The notes under the pieces: generated by a model
Databases searched by the model: none
What the model was told of the DNA's origin: nothing
The model's input: the letters and a program-made list of their open reading frames with translations, nothing else
Part shown: positions 59,195 to 64,000 of the stretch, piece after piece
Layout: each line of letters opens with the position of its first letter
How positions within the stretch are numbered: position 1 is the first letter of the stretch
Source: a virus
Lineage: Duplodnaviria; Caudoviricetes
Direction: 5' to 3' (one strand)
Length of the DNA: 64,000 bases
Virus record (IMG/VR): IMGVR_UViG_2834148589_000001
Span: 7,655 to 71,654 of that record
Position numbers and translations under genes: made by a program

Positions 59195-59277
59195 CCACGC
59201 CCTGACGGGCATCTCACGACAACCGAAACCGGATACCCCGCCTTGGCGGGCCGATCCACATTGCAGAAAGGCAGATC

Positions 59278-59739
59278 ATGGACCTGCAATCCTATATCGG
59301 CGCGACCCTGAGCATCGCTGCCGGCTCTTTCCCGGCCACCGAGGATAAATCCGGGTATGAAGGCGAAACCTACGAGCCCATCGGCAAAATCCTGAGCATC
59401 GGCGAGATCGGCGATCAGCATGCCGCCATCGAGATCGCCACGCTGGCTGGTCGTAACATCCGTGTCGTCGGCATCGCCGATGGCGGGGCGGTCGAAGTCG
59501 TGCTGGCTTTCGATGAGGAAGATGCTGGCCAGACTGATCTGACGAGCATCAACGGGTCAAACACCATGTCGGCATTCCGCATCGTTGATCCGGCACCGGC
59601 TACGGCCCAGAAGGTGGTTTACTTCGGCGGCTTGGTAGCGAGCCTTCGCGACAACGCCCGCACGCCGACGAACTATCGCGGTAAAGCCTTCCAGCTCTTC
59701 GTAAACACCGCCGTTCTTCGCACCACCGCTGCGGCGTAA
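59278..59739 (+). CDS. Major tail (tube) protein
   Basis: IGEIG, DAGQ, VYFGGLV; position. Confidence 0.75.
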   Translation: MDLQSYIGATLSIAAGSFPATEDKSGYEGETYEPIGKILSIGEIGDQHAAIEIATLAGRNIRVVGIADGGAVEVVLAFDEEDAGQTDLTSINGSNTMSAFRIVDPAPATAQKVVYFGGLVASLRDNARTPTNYRGKAFQLFVNTAVLRTTAAA

Positions 59740-59832
59740 TCGGCTGGTTTCCTCCGTTGGCCAGCCGGGCCGGGGCGCTGACGGGACAGCAGCGCCCCGG
59801 CCACCTGTCCCCTCTGTCCCGCAGGCCTGAAC

Positions 59833-60354
59833 ATGGATTTCTTCGAACTGTATGACGCCCGCGCCCGGGCAGATGAGCCGATTGAGCTGCCCCTGAGGGA
59901 CCAGCGAACCGGCGAGATCATTACGATGGGAGGCAAGCCCTGCATCGTTCTTGTGCTGGGTGCCAATGCCCGATCCATCCCCCCGGACGCGAAAGCCGCG
60001 ATGCTCAAGGAGGAAAAGGCGGAGCAGCCCATCCGGGACCGGCTTCATGCCGCCTGCATGCGGGCCGCGCTGGCCTACATCGCCGGGTTCAAGAACATGG
60101 CTCGGCGTGGCGAAGATGGCGAGGCCATCCCGCTGACGCTCGACGACGCAGAGGCGTTCCTTGATTTGAATGTCGCCAGCGTCGAGCATGGCGCGTGGCG
60201 CGCGCCAAAGCGCAACGAGGGCGAGACCGACGAGGAATATCGGCAGCGTGTCGACCAAGACCGGGCCGTCTGGCGCGGCGCATCCTTCGCCCAGCAGATC
60301 CTCGACGCCTCCCGGGAGGAAAGCCGTTTTTTGGACAGGCCGCGCGGAAACTGA
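59833..60354 (+). CDS. Tail assembly chaperone (gpG-like)
   Basis: Between tube and tape measure; slippery T TTT TTG at 60327. Confidence 0.75.
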   Translation: MDFFELYDARARADEPIELPLRDQRTGEIITMGGKPCIVLVLGANARSIPPDAKAAMLKEEKAEQPIRDRLHAACMRAALAYIAGFKNMARRGEDGEAIPLTLDDAEAFLDLNVASVEHGAWRAPKRNEGETDEEYRQRVDQDRAVWRGASFAQQILDASREESRFLDRPRGN

Positions 60355-60719
60355 CGCTTTTCGCGCACCAGCTTGGGTTCCTGCACTCGATCCCGACCCA
60401 CTGGAAAATGACCCGCCTCGAGTTTGCCAAGGAACGCCAGCACGACCTGATGCTGCCCGAGGTCGGATTTCGGGCTGATCTGATCAACGACATGATCGCA
60501 CTGAACCCGGTTCGCCGGATCGGCCCGAAGCAACCCGGATGGGATGGTCTCAGGTCGGTCGATTGGCCGGAAATGCAAGCCTATGCCGCCTCGGTCGGGG
60601 CGGATTGGTGCGCCTGGGATTTCCAGACCGTCTACAGCATGTCGGCGGCGTTCCTGACCGGCCTTCGAGAGGGCGCTGATCCTCTCTGCATCCCGCCCAC
60701 TGAAAGAGCCTCACGATGA
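60327..60719 (+). CDS. Tail chaperone -1 frameshift extension (gpT-like)
   Basis: Open -1 frame through to tape-measure start; VDWPEMQAY. Confidence 0.65.
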   Translation, partial: FFGQAARKLTLFAHQLGFLHSIPTHWKMTRLEFAKERQHDLMLPEVGFRADLINDMIALNPVRRIGPKQPGWDGLRSVDWPEMQAYAASVGADWCAWDFQTVYSMSAAFLTGLREGADPLCIPPTERASR

Positions 60720-62890
60720 CCACGCAAGCCGGTTACATCGCGCTGATCGCGGACAGCTCCTCCTTGCCGAAGGCGGAGAAGAACCTCGACAGCCTTGCTG
60801 CCACCGGCGAGCGCACCGAGCGGCGCGTCGTCGGGTCCATGGATAATGTGTCCGGCAGCATCAACCGCGTCGGCATGTCCTCGGGACAACACACGATGGC
60901 GATGCGGAACCTCGCGTTCCAGCTTAACCAGATCGGCCAGCAAGGCGCTGTCACCGGCAACTATCTCGGCGCCCTCGCCATCCAGATCCCGGACATCCTG
61001 TCGTCCTTCGGCAGCTTGCCGCTGGTCCTTGCCGGTGGCGCGATTGCGGTCGGTGCCTCGCTGGTCCCGTCGCTGATCAGCGGAAGTAATGCCACGGCTG
61101 ACTTCGATGATGCCCTCGATGAACTCGACGCGCAGATCCGCTCGGTGCAAGACGCGATCGAGGGGCTTTCAACATCGCGCCTGCAGGAACTCTTTGGGGA
61201 TGCCTCTGAGGATGCAAGGGCGCTAGCCCAATCCGGTCTGGAGATCAGCCTCCGCCGGCAAGCCGACGCTGCGCGCGCCTTGACCGAGGCGTTGCTGTCG
61301 ACTGACAACGGCTTCGGCCTCAGGAACAGGGCGCGCGGGGAGATCCTCGGTTCCGGCTTGGATGCGTCTACCGACGAACTGAACCGTCTATCCCGCGCCA
61401 TGCAGGACCTCGCCGCCGCTGATGGTATCGATCAACAGGTGGAGGCCGCAGAAGCTTTCCGCGACTTGATCGTGAGCACCTTCGGGCCGGTCGAGGGTAT
61501 GACGAGCAGGCAATTTGAGCTGTTCACGATGGTGGCGGATACCGAGCGCGCATGGCGCCGGGTTCGAGCTTCTGTCGATGACGCGGAGAGCGGCCAAAGC
61601 GCCGCCGCGCGCCGTCAGATCGCGGATGCCAGGACGATCATCGAGCAGAACGAGGCGAACGCCGAACTGATGAGGGCCGTCGCCACTTATGGCGAAGATA
61701 GCGCGGAAGCCGATGCCGTGCGTCGTGACCAGGCACTGGCAGCGACCGAGGCCTATATCGACCAGCACGAACTGACCGGCGATATTGCTGAGCAGTTGCG
61801 CGCATCGGCGTCCGCTGCGTTTGATGCCGAGGTCGGCGCGCGTGCCGCAGCGGAAGGCCTTTCGGAGGCAGAGCGCGCGGCCCGTGCCCTCGCCAATGCG
61901 ATGGCCGCTGCGGCTGGGTTCTCTGTCGGCATCGAAGGGCAGATCGCAACCGTTCGGGCCCAGATCGACGCTTTGGGGCGCGGACAGGATGCCGCAACCG
62001 CCGGGCGGATCGAGAGCCTGCGGCAGGAAGCTTCGGCGCGTCGGGATGCGGTTCTGGAAGCGGCAGCGGGTGACGATGAAGCCCGCATGGCGGCCGAGGA
62101 GCGGTATCAGGCCGATCTGCAGAACATCGGCATCCTCGGCGAGGAGATGGAGGCGCTGCGCGCGCTCCAGCAGGTCCAGCGCCAGGGTGGCGCGGCGTCC
62201 CGTCGCGAGCACAATGAGGCCATGCGCGAAGCTGAGCGCGTCATCCATGACATCCGTACCGAAACGGAGCAGTACGCGGCGGAAGTTGCAGACCTGAATG
62301 AGCTTCTTGAGCAAGGTTACCTCACCCAAGAGCAGCATGCCCGGGCCGTGGCGATGGTGCGCGATGAATACCTTGGCCTTGAAGAAATTCAGGACACGCT
62401 GAAGGACGCAATCCTCGACTTCGCTGAAGGCGGGGAGGACGCGATGGAGAACCTAGGGCGTGCGATCCGTCGGGCGGCCCTAGAGGCGCTACTGTTCGGC
62501 GAAGGGCCACTGGCGAATTTCTTCGGCGGAGGCGGGCTTCTGAGCGGGTTGCTTGGCAGCATCACCGGGGGTCTTCGAACTGGTGGCGGGAAAGCGACTG
62601 GCGGCAGTGTGACCACCGGCACCATCTATCCAGTCAACGAGAACACGACCAACACGGAATGGTTCGCTCCAGCGGTAGCCGGCACCATCCTGACCGACGG
62701 CCAAGCGCAAGGCGCAGTTCGCGGTGGCGGCTCGTCCGTGGTGAACATCAACGTCAATGTCGACGGCGCCAACGGCGACCAGCACGTCATGGATCTCGTC
62801 GCGCAGGGCGTCCGAACCGGCCTCAGCCAGTACGACCGCGCGCTTCCCGTCCGAATGAAGCAGATCCAAGCTAACCCGAGGAGGCGCTGA
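60716..62890 (+). CDS. Tape measure protein
   Basis: NLAFQLNQIGQQ, Ala-rich helical body, C-terminal KATGG..YPVNE. Confidence 0.9.
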   Translation: MTTQAGYIALIADSSSLPKAEKNLDSLAATGERTERRVVGSMDNVSGSINRVGMSSGQHTMAMRNLAFQLNQIGQQGAVTGNYLGALAIQIPDILSSFGSLPLVLAGGAIAVGASLVPSLISGSNATADFDDALDELDAQIRSVQDAIEGLSTSRLQELFGDASEDARALAQSGLEISLRRQADAARALTEALLSTDNGFGLRNRARGEILGSGLDASTDELNRLSRAMQDLAAADGIDQQVEAAEAFRDLIVSTFGPVEGMTSRQFELFTMVADTERAWRRVRASVDDAESGQSAAARRQIADARTIIEQNEANAELMRAVATYGEDSAEADAVRRDQALAATEAYIDQHELTGDIAEQLRASASAAFDAEVGARAAAEGLSEAERAARALANAMAAAAGFSVGIEGQIATVRAQIDALGRGQDAATAGRIESLRQEASARRDAVLEAAAGDDEARMAAEERYQADLQNIGILGEEMEALRALQQVQRQGGAASRREHNEAMREAERVIHDIRTETEQYAAEVADLNELLEQGYLTQEQHARAVAMVRDEYLGLEEIQDTLKDAILDFAEGGEDAMENLGRAIRRAALEALLFGEGPLANFFGGGGLLSGLLGSITGGLRTGGGKATGGSVTTGTIYPVNENTTNTEWFAPAVAGTILTDGQAQGAVRGGGSSVVNINVNVDGANGDQHVMDLVAQGVRTGLSQYDRALPVRMKQIQANPRRR

Positions 62891-63069
62891 TGGCCTGTTG
62901 TCCCCTATGTGGAGCCGGTGTCGAGGAAGTACTTATGACGCTTGAAATCGAGGGTGAGGCGAAAACTTTCCATCCCGGCGATCCCGAGTATGAAGCTGTA
63001 TTTGCGACCAGAGTTTATGAGATCGACCCCGAGGAACCGGCTTTCGATGACAATTCGGGGGCGAAGTAG
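62890..63069 (+). CDS. Small acidic protein (MACCPLCG..., 59 aa)
   Basis: TGATG overlap with tape-measure stop; its stop abuts the next ATG. Confidence 0.5.
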   Translation: MACCPLCGAGVEEVLMTLEIEGEAKTFHPGDPEYEAVFATRVYEIDPEEPAFDDNSGAK

Positions 63070-63720
63070 ATGGCTCTGTCGTTCCCCCTCGCACTGGACA
63101 CGTTCTTCGCCGGGCTGCCGGTTGCTGAATGCGAGTTCACCCTTCCTGCCACACTGGCGATGAGCCGGACGCGCGGCGGAGCGATCAAGACGGCGCGACT
63201 TGCCGAACGCCTGTGGACAGGGAAGATAACGCTGGCGCCGCAGCTGCACAGGAACGCCTTGGGCTTGGAAGCGGTGATTTCGACGCTGCTGGAGCCGGGC
63301 CGGACGTTCCTCGTGCATCCTCTGCCGTTCTGCTACCCGCGCGAAGATCCTTCGGGGGCAGGCCTCTCTGGCGCCTCGCCTGTGATCCACAGTATCGAAG
63401 CTGGCGGGCGCGAGTTCAGGATTTCAGGCTTGCCGGCTGGCTATGTCTTGTCAGCGGGCGACATGCTGTCGTTTGCCTATGGCTCGAACCCTGTCCGCTA
63501 CGCCTTGCACCGGGTCGTCACTGTCGCCACGGCCAATGGGTCCGGCCTGACTCCCAACATCGAGGTCACGCCGCCGATCCGGCCCGGTGCAACTGTCGGT
63601 ACAGCCGTCACGCTGGCGCGGCCCTTCACCAAGGCGATCCTGATCCCGCCTCCTGCGCGCCGGTTCGTGCCGGCAGTGGCCAGTGGGCATACCCTCGACT
63701 TCGTCCAAACGCTGGGCTGA
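63070..63720 (+). CDS. Distal tail protein-like
   Basis: After tape measure; GLPAGYVLSAGD, EVTPPIRPG. Confidence 0.7.
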   Translation: MALSFPLALDTFFAGLPVAECEFTLPATLAMSRTRGGAIKTARLAERLWTGKITLAPQLHRNALGLEAVISTLLEPGRTFLVHPLPFCYPREDPSGAGLSGASPVIHSIEAGGREFRISGLPAGYVLSAGDMLSFAYGSNPVRYALHRVVTVATANGSGLTPNIEVTPPIRPGATVGTAVTLARPFTKAILIPPPARRFVPAVASGHTLDFVQTLG

Positions 63721-63751
63721 TCCCCAGCACCATCCCCAGAAAGGTTCTCTT

Positions 63752-64000
63752 ATGACCAACCATGCCCCCACGGCGCGGCGTTCTTTCGCGCCGCTGTTCC
63801 CCGGCAACACGAAGCCTGACGATCTCGCCACGGCCATGCTCGAAGGCACCGCGACCTTCTACGGTGATCCCAAGACCGGCATCGTCCGCATGGTTGTCGC
63901 CTCCGGCGGCTCGCGTGTCGAGGCGGTGCTGACGCCCGATCTGGTCGCGATGCTGGTGAACGCCGGTATCGACGCGATGCGCGCGGCCCTCGGCCAGCCC
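63752..64000 (+). CDS. Hypothetical protein, truncated by window end
   Basis: GAAAGG RBS; open to the end. Confidence 0.45.
   Translation, partial: MTNHAPTARRSFAPLFPGNTKPDDLATAMLEGTATFYGDPKTGIVRMVVASGGSRVEAVLTPDLVAMLVNAGIDAMRAALGQP

Overview
GC-rich alphaproteobacterial (Rhodobacteraceae-like) DNA with two prophages facing each other across about 8.6 kb of core chromosome. Prophage 1 (1-20440, continues left) is a lambda-like cos phage (GpA terminase, lambda portal, S49 protease, P4-type primase) integrated at tRNA-Leu(TAA). The core segment carries an acyl-CoA ligase, a beta-CASP MBL nuclease, gpt, lysE, fabI, pdxH, a cold-shock protein, DUF192 and tRNA-Pro(TGG). Prophage 2 (29030-64000, continues right) is a siphovirus integrated at tRNA-Pro. 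The main finding is a cassette inserted in the late operon of prophage 2 (about 55066-58350). It holds two divergent Arc-type repressors, a stand-alone Cas7/RAMP-like gene (56630-57385), a partner gene and two non-coding arrays. The arrays have a strict grammar: a GKCGGTC delimiter followed by alternating variable dinucleotides and GGY-like triplets, in seven units of 44/49/54 nt. This looks like a phage-encoded RNA-guided system with a non-contiguous guide code (VIPR-like, recalled from memory). One unit, read as NN-gap-NN, matches the adjacent structural gene at 14/16 positions. Other notable items: a portal fused to an Acb1-like 2H phosphodiesterase, a near-identical CII-like gene in both prophages in inverted orientation, a phage acyl carrier protein, and a candidate RBS-sequestering RNA switch. 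Protein family calls are from motif recognition only; no searches were run.
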